Shown here: positions 45,325 to 52,874 of the stretch, one piece after another
Layout of the letters: every line of letters begins with the position of its first letter
Numbering within the stretch: the stretch's first letter is position 1
NCBI GenBank assembly: GCA_963700925.1
Contig: OY969553.1
Location: forward strand, 4,444,710-4,508,709
DNA: 64,000 nt
Reading direction: 5' to 3'
Source: an uncultured Actinomycetota bacterium
GTDB lineage: Bacteria; Actinomycetota; Actinomycetes; Actinomycetales; CAWJMD01
The notes under the pieces: generated by a model
Database searches by the model: none
What the model was told of the DNA's origin: nothing
Seen by the model: the letters and a program-made list of their open reading frames with translations, nothing else
Translations under genes and position numbers: made by a program

Positions 45325-45564
45325 GTGAGCAGGACGCGCACCGATCTGGCCGATTGCGAACGCATCTGGCGGGTAGTCGAAGTGGACGCCGTCTACGTGA
45401 CCCTGGAGCCCTTGGCCGTGGGGTTCGAAGGCGACCGGGTGCACGTCGACCCCCAGCGGCGGCCTGGCGCCGCTGCCTCGGCACCGCGGACTTGGCCCGC
45501 TGATCTACTGTCATGCCAGTTCAGCGGGCGTTGGTGTCTCGAAAAGCGTGACCGGAGGAGTTGA
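45325..45564 (+). CDS. Candidate small protein (79 aa) between gntR and the cyclase gene
   Basis: GTG sits 3 nt after the gntR stop, and the ORF stop sits 7 nt before the cyclase ATG 45572. GC3 is very high over the first 45 codons or so (TDLADCERIWRVVEVDAVYVTLEPLAVGFEGDRVHVDPQ). I recognise no family. Confidence 0.3.
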   Translation: MSRTRTDLADCERIWRVVEVDAVYVTLEPLAVGFEGDRVHVDPQRRPGAAASAPRTWPADLLSCQFSGRWCLEKRDRRS

Positions 45565-46528
45565 TGCGGGGATGACCGCAGGGCGACCGATGCCCACACA
45601 GGACGACGTGCTCGGGTACTTCGACACGCTGTCGAACTGGGGACGGTGGGGCGACGACGACGAGCTCGGCACTCTGAACCACATCACCGACGACGTCCGG
45701 CTGGCGGCGGCGCGGGCCGTGCGCCACGGCAGGAGCGTGTCGTGCGGGTGGGAGGTCGCCGTCCCGAAGGACATGGAGCGGTCGACGACGACGTGTCCGT
45801 GCGCCGCTGACATGCCGGGTGCCGAGCACATGCCGGTGCCCGGATTCCGCAACGACCGCCGCTGGGGCTTCTCGAACGAGCAGCTCGGCATCATGTTCCA
45901 CGGCAACTCGATCACCCACGTCGACTCGCCGTGCCACATCTTCTGGGACGGCACGATGTACAACGGGCGGTCGCACTCGTTGGTCGACGCCGCAACGGGA
46001 TCCGCGTGGGCGGCCGTCACGGCAGCGGGGAACGGGATCATCACGCGTGGTGTCCTGCTGGACATTGCGGGGGTCCGCGATGTTCCGTGGTTGGAACCGG
46101 GGCAGGGTGTGTTTCCCGACGATCTCGAGGAGGCCGAGCGTCGCCAGGGTGTGCGGGTGCGATCCGGCGACGCGGTACTCATCAGGACCGGCTACGGCCG
46201 CGTCCGGCACGAGGCCGGTGAGGCCAGCGGTTTCATGCAGGCCGGCTGGCACGCGTCCTGCCTGCCGTGGCTGCAAGAACGGGAGGTCGCGCTGATCGGC
46301 GCTGACACCCCCCAGGACGTTCAGCCGTCGGGGTACGAGGACGTGTTGATGCCGGTCCACGCCGTGAGCCTCGTTGCGATGGGTCTGTGGATGCTCGACA
46401 ACTGCGACCTCGAGGTGTGCACGACGACGGCTGCCGAGCTCGGCCAGTGGGACTTCCAGCTCGCGGTGGCGCCCGTGCGTTTCGCGGGTACGTCCGGCAG
46501 CCCGGTCAACCCGATCGCCACCTTCTGA
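45548..46528 (+). CDS. Cyclase family protein (kynurenine formamidase-like fold)
   Basis: Sequence: LSNWGRWGDDDELGTLN...HGNSITHVDSPCHIFWDG. The start is GTG 45548, ATG 45572 or ATG 45590. Confidence 0.8.
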   Translation: MTGGVDAGMTAGRPMPTQDDVLGYFDTLSNWGRWGDDDELGTLNHITDDVRLAAARAVRHGRSVSCGWEVAVPKDMERSTTTCPCAADMPGAEHMPVPGFRNDRRWGFSNEQLGIMFHGNSITHVDSPCHIFWDGTMYNGRSHSLVDAATGSAWAAVTAAGNGIITRGVLLDIAGVRDVPWLEPGQGVFPDDLEEAERRQGVRVRSGDAVLIRTGYGRVRHEAGEASGFMQAGWHASCLPWLQEREVALIGADTPQDVQPSGYEDVLMPVHAVSLVAMGLWMLDNCDLEVCTTTAAELGQWDFQLAVAPVRFAGTSGSPVNPIATF

Positions 46529-46567
46529 CCGCGCGACGCGCGCCCGGCGGCGGCGCCGGCACCCCTC

Positions 46568-47323
46568 TCAGGTACCAGTCTCGAGCACCGCGAGGTCGCG
46601 CACCGCATAACGGTGGTGCTCGACCTCTTCCCGCAGCACCACCTTGAGGCAGCGGCGCACGACGTACTCCTGGTCGGGATACAGGTCGCCCGGCTTGCGA
46701 CCGCAGACCCGATCGAGCTCGGCGTCGGTGAGACCGTCGGCGACCCGACGCATGGTGGCCATGCGGACGAGCCGCGCCGCGAGCACCTCGTCGAGCGTCG
46801 GGGTGGCGTCGAGGGTGAGGCCGAGCTTGGTCATCTCGTCAGGCGGCGTTCCGCCGGCAGGGAAGCCCAGCGGGTGGTACGGGGCTTCCTCTTCCAGCAC
46901 GGCGTTGCCGAGCCAGGCATCGCCGGCGAAGAGCAGGTGCCGTTGGGTCTCGACCAACGACCACTCGCCGTTGACCTGCTCGTGCAGCTTGGCCTCGGGC
47001 AACAGCCTGGCGCGGACGAGCGTCGCCTCCCACAGCGCCTCGATAGCTGCCCACGCAGCCCGAAAGTCGTTGGCGGACAAAGCGTCACGCGCTAGCACAC
47101 GCGTCGGATGCAGCCGGTCGAGCTCGGCCTCGACGTACGCGGTCACCTCGACGTCGTTGACGACGAGACGCTCGAAGTCGCCGCCGAGGTAGACGTCGCG
47201 CCCGTAGCAGTCGACGATCTTCAGACCGCTGACCTCGCAGTCGCGAATCTCGAGACCGGCAAGGTCGCACAGGTGGATGCGGGCACCACGGAACTGGTCA
47301 CTCTGGGTGTATGCGGCAGGCAT
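46568..47323 (-). CDS. DinB-family (DinB_2) protein with an N-terminal beta-helix-like segment
   Basis: ATG at 47323 (MPAAYTQ). Sequence: ETQRHLLFAGDAWL...REEVEHHRYAVRDL. Confidence 0.65.
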   Translation of the reverse strand: MPAAYTQSDQFRGARIHLCDLAGLEIRDCEVSGLKIVDCYGRDVYLGGDFERLVVNDVEVTAYVEAELDRLHPTRVLARDALSANDFRAAWAAIEALWEATLVRARLLPEAKLHEQVNGEWSLVETQRHLLFAGDAWLGNAVLEEEAPYHPLGFPAGGTPPDEMTKLGLTLDATPTLDEVLAARLVRMATMRRVADGLTDAELDRVCGRKPGDLYPDQEYVVRRCLKVVLREEVEHHRYAVRDLAVLETGT

Positions 47324-47590
47324 CGAGGCAGTCTGCCGCACCGGATCGTCGTGAACCACGGAGTGCTGCGTGGTGTGGAGGTTGCGACCAGCTACAACCA
47401 CATGTCGGGGTAAGGTGGGTAGGCGTGCGCGTGGCAGATCATCGGTAGTGGCACCACGGGTCGTGAGGGTGATCTAGAGGCGGAACGTGCCATGTCACCT
47501 CAGCACGCTCATTGTCCGTTCACCGATAATGGACATTATGTCAATCCATTGCAGCAGCTGACGCTTCGGCGGCGCTCCCCCCGGCGGCCA

Positions 47591-47596
47591 TAGCGT
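47591..47596 (+). promoter_or_regulatory. Candidate -10 hexamer (TAGCGT), leaderless NTase mRNA
   Basis: TAnnnT hexamer with 6 nt to ATG 47603 and no Shine-Dalgarno sequence. Confidence 0.3.
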
Positions 47597-47602
47597 GAGT
47601 GC

Positions 47603-48301
47603 ATGGCTGAGCACGACGAGATCGTTCGGCTGTACGGGCCATGGCGGGACCGGACCCCGGCTGATGCAGCCGAGCTGTTCAACGGCTATCCCGGGTCTTG
47701 GTGGATTGCCGGCGGGTGGGCCATCGAAGCCTTCAGTGGCGTCTCGCGACAGCACGGCGACCTCGACCCCAGCATCCCGCGCTCCGATGCGGGAAGGCTT
47801 CGTCAGCACCTGGCCGGACGACTGGATGTGTGGGCTGCGGACAACGGGGCCCTCAGCCCGCTCGTTGGTCGGACGGACGAGCCCATTCCGACGACGTGCG
47901 GCAACCTCTGGCTACGCGCGAGCGGCGCAGACCCTTGGGAGTACGACGTCGTCCTCATGGACGTGACCGCTGCGATGTGGACCTACAAGCGCGACGCCCG
48001 CATCAGGCTCCCGATCGACGAGATCCTTTGGGTCAGTGACGGAATCAACTATCTGTGTCCCGAGGTTCAGCTGCTCCACAAGGCCCCAGGGCTGCGGCCC
48101 AAGGACCAAGAGGACTTCGACGCCTGTCTCCCCCGACTCGATGACACCGATCGCGCGTGGCTGGGACGCGCCCTTCAGGTTGCACACCCGGGCCACCCTT
48201 GGCTCGACCAGCTCCAACTTGGGAACCCCTCGTCGGCTAGCTTCGGGCTCGAGAGGCAGCGCGCTGACGTTCCTGCGAGGGACGTGATCGGCTGCGACTA
48301 G
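47603..48301 (+). CDS. Nucleotidyltransferase, ANT(2'')-like fold
   Basis: SWWIAGGWAIEAFSGVSRQHGDLDPSIP resembles the WIGGGWAIDA...HDDIDL motif of aminoglycoside 2''-adenylyltransferase. Confidence 0.5.
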   Translation: MAEHDEIVRLYGPWRDRTPADAAELFNGYPGSWWIAGGWAIEAFSGVSRQHGDLDPSIPRSDAGRLRQHLAGRLDVWAADNGALSPLVGRTDEPIPTTCGNLWLRASGADPWEYDVVLMDVTAAMWTYKRDARIRLPIDEILWVSDGINYLCPEVQLLHKAPGLRPKDQEDFDACLPRLDDTDRAWLGRALQVAHPGHPWLDQLQLGNPSSASFGLERQRADVPARDVIGCD

Positions 48302-48332
48302 CGCCTTCTCAGATGCGAACTCCCAGAATCCA

Positions 48333-49397
48333 CTAGGAGCCTGCCAACCACGCCAGCAAGCGCCCCCGCGACCAGCACCGGCCAATGGCCTCGGCGCGTA
48401 GGGCCGACTGGTCGAACACAGCCAGGCCGATGATGCTGTGGCCGGAGGCTCGGCGATCGCCAAACGTCGGTATCGCCGGCGCGACTCCGACCCCCTCCAC
48501 CGACACCCACGCCACGGATCGGTCGGTCGCTGCTTCGTTGAGGCGGTGCAGGAAGCGCAGGCGGCTCTCGAGCGGGAAGTGCGACAGGGCCCACGTCGTC
48601 GTGACGACAGGCAGAACGTCCTCAGGCACACGGGCGAAGGCGTCGGGCAACATCTCGACGGCGTCACCTCGCAGAAGCAGCGGAGGGGCAGTCGCCGCCA
48701 ACGACAACTCCGCTTCCAGCATCGCGACCTGCTCTTGCTGATCCGGCCACATGCAGGCGCGCAACCACCGGGCCGCATCCGCGTCTGTCACGTCGAGGGG
48801 ATCGAGGTCGACACCGACCCGGGCGACGACCTCGGGCATCGCCCGCGTCGGGATGGGCCGTTCTCCCACAATCGAAGTCGTCATCTGCACGGGAGAAGAA
48901 GGGTCGCCCAGCGACTGCCCGTTGCTGAACGTGATGCCAACGCGATCGACATTGAGACTGAGCCCGGCCGAACAGCCCACGTCGATCAACCCAATCGCAC
49001 TCGCCCCTACGCGGTGCGCCGCCTCGGCGATGGCCGGGTACAGCACGCCGCAACGTCCGGTCTCGTTCGTCCGCGTCTGGCGCCGCACGGCGATGGCCAC
49101 GACCGAGTCGGTCATTCGCAGCAGCGCGTCGATTGCCGCGCGCGCTGCCGCGTCGCCGTCCCCAGCGGCATAGGCCGCCGTAAGCGCCGGAGCACGTCCG
49201 GCCAGGGCGAGGTCGTGCAGCGCTGCGAGTATCACCGTGGGTTGCCGCTTGCCCGCGGGCGCCGCCTCGATGGCGCGCAGCGCCTCGTCGGACTCGCTCA
49301 AGGCAACGGCGACGCGCTCGTAGAGCGGCGATGTTCCGGCGGCGTCGACCTCACCGAAGTGTCGGTACGCCTGCGCAAGTGGGCGGGCTCTACCCAC
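48333..49397 (-). CDS. DUF2332 family protein
   Basis: Sequence: YRHFGEVDAAGTSPLYERVAVALSESDEAL...LIDVGCSAGLSL. Confidence 0.65.
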   Translation of the reverse strand: MGRARPLAQAYRHFGEVDAAGTSPLYERVAVALSESDEALRAIEAAPAGKRQPTVILAALHDLALAGRAPALTAAYAAGDGDAAARAAIDALLRMTDSVVAIAVRRQTRTNETGRCGVLYPAIAEAAHRVGASAIGLIDVGCSAGLSLNVDRVGITFSNGQSLGDPSSPVQMTTSIVGERPIPTRAMPEVVARVGVDLDPLDVTDADAARWLRACMWPDQQEQVAMLEAELSLAATAPPLLLRGDAVEMLPDAFARVPEDVLPVVTTTWALSHFPLESRLRFLHRLNEAATDRSVAWVSVEGVGVAPAIPTFGDRRASGHSIIGLAVFDQSALRAEAIGRCWSRGRLLAWLAGS

Positions 49398-49584
49398 GGG
49401 GTTCGGCGCTTCCTGCGGTCGGCCCTGGCATCCCGATGATCCTAGCCATGGGGACGAAACCCACCAGCAGGCAATTCGTTTGGCCAGGCAACCAGCGACC
49501 GCCGATACTCCTCACGTGCCCTCTGATGCAGCAGGATCCGAGCCCACGACGACCCGCTGGACGCGCTCCACCGTCTACCTCGAC

Positions 49585-50112
49585 ATGTGGCTGGATCCCG
49601 ACGACGACCCGCGCGAGGGTGGCGCGCCGCCGATCGATGAACGCACCATGCTGGTGGAGTACCTGCGCCGGTACCGCCTGACCCTCCAGATCAAGTGCGC
49701 GGACCTCGACGCCGAGCAGATGGCACGCCGCTCCGTTCCACCGTCCACGATGTCGCTGCTCGGACTGGTGCGGCACCTCACCGAGGTCGAGCGGGACTGG
49801 TTCCGCGAACACCTGGCCGGCCTGGACTCGCCATCGCTGTACTGCACCGCGGACGACCCGCAAGGCGACTGGAACGGCGCTGTGTCCGACCCCGCCGTGG
49901 TCGAGCTGGCCTGGCAGAACTGGCGCAACGAGGTCGTTTTCGCGGAGCGGCTCATCGCCGAGACCCCCGACCTCGGGACGCTGGGAGCCGCCGGCGGCGA
50001 GGACGCCCGCCCGGTGCGCGACGTGCTCGTGCACATGATCGAGGAGTACGCCCGGCACTGCGGGCACGCCGACCTCCTGCGCGAGCGGATCGACGGCCGA
50101 GTGGGCCAGTAG
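49585..50112 (+). CDS. DinB-like DUF664 (mycothiol-transferase-type) protein
   Basis: Sequence: DERTMLVEYLRRYRLTLQIKCADLDAEQMARRSVPPSTMSLLGLVRHLTEVERDWF...HMIEEYARHCGHADLLRE. The start could be upstream, as far as 49480. Confidence 0.7.
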   Translation: MWLDPDDDPREGGAPPIDERTMLVEYLRRYRLTLQIKCADLDAEQMARRSVPPSTMSLLGLVRHLTEVERDWFREHLAGLDSPSLYCTADDPQGDWNGAVSDPAVVELAWQNWRNEVVFAERLIAETPDLGTLGAAGGEDARPVRDVLVHMIEEYARHCGHADLLRERIDGRVGQ

Positions 50113-50158
50113 GGAGCCGACGCCAGCCGAGGTCATCCCGTTGTTAGCGTCGGGGCCC

Positions 50159-50596
50159 ATGACGATCCAACGCATGGAGAGCGTGGGCATCGTGGTCGAC
50201 GACCTCGACGCCGTGAAGGTCTTCTTCGTCGAGCTCGGACTCAGGGTGCTGGGCGAGGGGCCGGCTGAGGGCGAGTGGGTGGATCGGGTGGTGGGGCTCG
50301 AGGGCGTCCGCCAGCACGTCGTGATGTTGGAGACTCTGGACGGCCACGGACGGATCGAGCTGATGAAGATCCATGCCCCGCCGGTCCGGGAGGGCGACCC
50401 GCACGCGCCGCCGAACACCCTGGGAATCCGCCGCATCGCCTTCGGCGTCGACGACATCGACGCCGCCGTCGCCGGGTTGCATGCCCGCGGCACGGAGCTC
50501 GTCGGCGAGGTGGTGCAGTACGAAGACAGCTATCGGCTCTGCTACGTCCGCGGCCCGGAGGGGATCATCGTCATGCTGGCGGAGCAGCTGAGCTGA
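50159..50596 (+). CDS. VOC family (glyoxalase) protein
   Basis: Sequence: MESVGIVVDDLDAVKVFFVELGL...IRRIAFGVDDIDAAV...GPEGIIVMLAEQ. Confidence 0.8.
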   Translation: MTIQRMESVGIVVDDLDAVKVFFVELGLRVLGEGPAEGEWVDRVVGLEGVRQHVVMLETLDGHGRIELMKIHAPPVREGDPHAPPNTLGIRRIAFGVDDIDAAVAGLHARGTELVGEVVQYEDSYRLCYVRGPEGIIVMLAEQLS

Positions 50597-50646
50597 GGTT
50601 CCCGGCCGCCGCTCGATCAGGACCCCGAGAGAAAGCGAGCAGATCG

Positions 50647-51096
50647 ATGGACCAGCCAACCGCGGAACCGGCGCTACGCGCGCTCGACCCTCTGGTCGGC
50701 GAGTGGACTCTGCAGGCGAAACCGCCTGACGGTGACGTCTGGCCAGGCGGCGGACGGGTCACCTTCGAGTGGCACGAATCGGGAGCGCATCTGGTCGAGC
50801 GCTCGACGGTCGACGCGCCCGAGGCGCCCGACGGCGTCTCCGTCATCGGCTGCGATGCGGCCAATGGGACGTACTACCAGCTGTACTCGGACGACCGCGG
50901 CGTTTGCCGCGTCTACCAGATGAGCATCGGCAAAGGCGAGTGGAAGCTCTGGCGTGACGGCGATCCGTTCTCCCAGCGCTTCACGGCGACGTTCAGCGAC
51001 GACGGGAACACGATCACCGGACGGTGGGAGCTTGCCGAGGACGGCACCACCTACACGCCAGACTTCGACCTCATCTACAGCAGGGCGACACCCTGA
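50647..51096 (+). CDS. Hypothetical beta-rich protein (149 aa)
   Basis: ATG at 50647. These are the last 149 codons of the 273-aa ORF. GC3 is high. The family is uncertain. Confidence 0.4.
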   Translation: MDQPTAEPALRALDPLVGEWTLQAKPPDGDVWPGGGRVTFEWHESGAHLVERSTVDAPEAPDGVSVIGCDAANGTYYQLYSDDRGVCRVYQMSIGKGEWKLWRDGDPFSQRFTATFSDDGNTITGRWELAEDGTTYTPDFDLIYSRATP

Positions 51097-51205
51097 CGTC
51101 GGACTCCTGCCGAGCTGTGCCACGCAGGCATGTCCTTTCCGAGGGCATCCATTCGTTCCACTCCTGAGGGACCACACTGGCCCCGCACGCGACGAAGGAG
51201 TGAAG

Positions 51206-51556
51206 ATGCCGCAGTACCTTGCCTTGACCTACACCGCAGACGTGGACTGGTGGGCGCCCGAGCAGGCGACTGAGCTCGCCGAGTACCGCCAGTTCGCAGT
51301 GGACAACGCTGAGAGCATCCAGGCGAGCGTCGTGCTGCACCCGACCAGCACCGCGACGGTCGTCCGCGTGGAAGGCGCCCGCGGAGGGAACGTGGTCACG
51401 ACCGACGGGCCCTACGCCGAGACCAAGGAGGCGCTGACCGGGTTCTACCTCATCGAGGCAGCGGATCTGGATGAGGCCGTGGCGATCTCGGCCCAGCTTC
51501 CTGCGGCCTGGAGTGGCGGCGCCGTCGAGGTGCGCCCTGTCATCGCAGCCAGATAG
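51206..51556 (+). CDS. YCII-related (DGPF) domain protein
   Basis: GAAGGAG Shine-Dalgarno sequence. Sequence: MPQYLALTY...TDGPYAETKEALTGFYLIEAADLDEA. Confidence 0.8.
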   Translation: MPQYLALTYTADVDWWAPEQATELAEYRQFAVDNAESIQASVVLHPTSTATVVRVEGARGGNVVTTDGPYAETKEALTGFYLIEAADLDEAVAISAQLPAAWSGGAVEVRPVIAAR

Positions 51557-51562
51557 GCAGAC

Positions 51563-52864
51563 GTGGTCCCTGATCAAGACCCTGCCCGCCACTCGGTCGA
51601 GTCTGTCGCCGAGACCCTCCGGGTCGAGGGCGCACGCATCCTCGCGACCCTGATCCGGACGGTCGGTGACGTGCAGATCGCCGAGGACGCAGTGCAGGAG
51701 GCAACGCTCGCGGCGCTCGGCGCGTGGCCAGTCACCGGCGTGCCGCCGCAACCGCGCGCATGGCTCACGGTCACTGCGCGGAGGAAGGCGATCGACATCC
51801 TCCGACGTGAGCAGATCCGTCCGTCCAAGGAACAGGACGGTGTGAGGATGTTGGAGCTCGCCAGGCCCGAGCTTCCGCCGGAGGGCGTCGTGCACGACGA
51901 CCTGCTGCGCCTGATCTTCACCTGCTGCCATCCGACCCTCTCCCCGCCGAGTCGGATTGCCTTGGCCCTTCGGACGCTGTGTGGTCTGTCGCCGATGCAG
52001 ATCGCCGGCGTGCTGCTCACCACCGAAGCTGCGACGACGAAGCGTCTGACCCGGGCTCGGCAGAAGATCGCAGCTGCCCACATCCCCTACCGGAACCCGA
52101 CCCAGGATGAGCTGCCCGACCGGTTGCCGGCGGTGTGCGGGGTGATCCACAGCCTCTACACGGCCGGACATGCGCCGGTGGACGGTCGGGCCGCCTACGA
52201 CGTGGACGCCTGCGCCGAGGCGATCCGGCTGGCCGAGCTCCTCCACGATCTGCTTCCGGACCAGCCGATGCCCGCCGCCGTCCTGGCCCTGCTGCTCCTC
52301 ACCGAGGCCCGCAGGCCATCACGGCTGGACGAACAACGCGCGGTCGTCACCCTCGACCGTCAGGATCGCGGACGGTGGGACGCCGGCGCCATCGAGCGCG
52401 GTATCTCGCTCCTCAACGAGTCACTGCGGCGCACGCGTGGGCAGGCGGACGCGTACCAGCTCCAGGCCGCCATCGCGGCTGAGCACGCCCGTGCCGCCAG
52501 CTACGTCGACACCGACTGGACGGAGATCCTGCGGCTGTACGACCTGCTCATCTCGGTCGCTCCCAGCCGAGCCGCCGGTCTGGGCCGAGTGGTCGCGGCC
52601 ACGGAAGCGGCCGATCCTGCGACGGGGCTCGCCATGCTGGACGACGTGCCGCCGAGTCCCCGCTGGCACGCGGTTCGCGCCGAGCTGCTGGCCCGCGAAG
52701 GGCGGTACGCCGAGGCAGCCCAAGAACTCGGCGCATCCCTTCACGGCCAGGCAACGCAGCCCGAACGCGAGCATCGAGAGCGACGTCGCAGGGCGTTCCT
52801 CGAGCTGGCCGCGCGGACCTCGCCCGGCCAAGACTCGCCCGACCAAGCCCCGCCCGGTCGCTAG
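51563..52864 (+). CDS. ECF-type RNA polymerase sigma factor with long C-terminal extension
   Basis: Region 2 (AEDAVQEATLAAL...AWLTVTARRKAIDILRRE), region 4 (LRTLCGLSPMQIAGVLLTTEAATTKRLTRARQKI), and a C-terminal extension of about 230 aa. The YCII-sigma pairing is common. Confidence 0.8.
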   Translation: MVPDQDPARHSVESVAETLRVEGARILATLIRTVGDVQIAEDAVQEATLAALGAWPVTGVPPQPRAWLTVTARRKAIDILRREQIRPSKEQDGVRMLELARPELPPEGVVHDDLLRLIFTCCHPTLSPPSRIALALRTLCGLSPMQIAGVLLTTEAATTKRLTRARQKIAAAHIPYRNPTQDELPDRLPAVCGVIHSLYTAGHAPVDGRAAYDVDACAEAIRLAELLHDLLPDQPMPAAVLALLLLTEARRPSRLDEQRAVVTLDRQDRGRWDAGAIERGISLLNESLRRTRGQADAYQLQAAIAAEHARAASYVDTDWTEILRLYDLLISVAPSRAAGLGRVVAATEAADPATGLAMLDDVPPSPRWHAVRAELLAREGRYAEAAQELGASLHGQATQPEREHRERRRRAFLELAARTSPGQDSPDQAPPGR

Positions 52865-52874
52865 CTCAGCGAGG

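Noticed and set aside
47500-47560. A LexA (GAAC-N4-GTTC) or PafBC/RecA-NDp (TGTCRGTG-N8-TAnnnT) DNA-damage promoter in front of the DinB-family and NTase genes.
   Set aside because: TTGTCCGTTCACCGATAATGG resembles the RecA-NDp motif only loosely, with the wrong spacing and a last base that is not T. No GAAC…GTTC dyad is present. These DinB-fold proteins are not the DinB polymerase.
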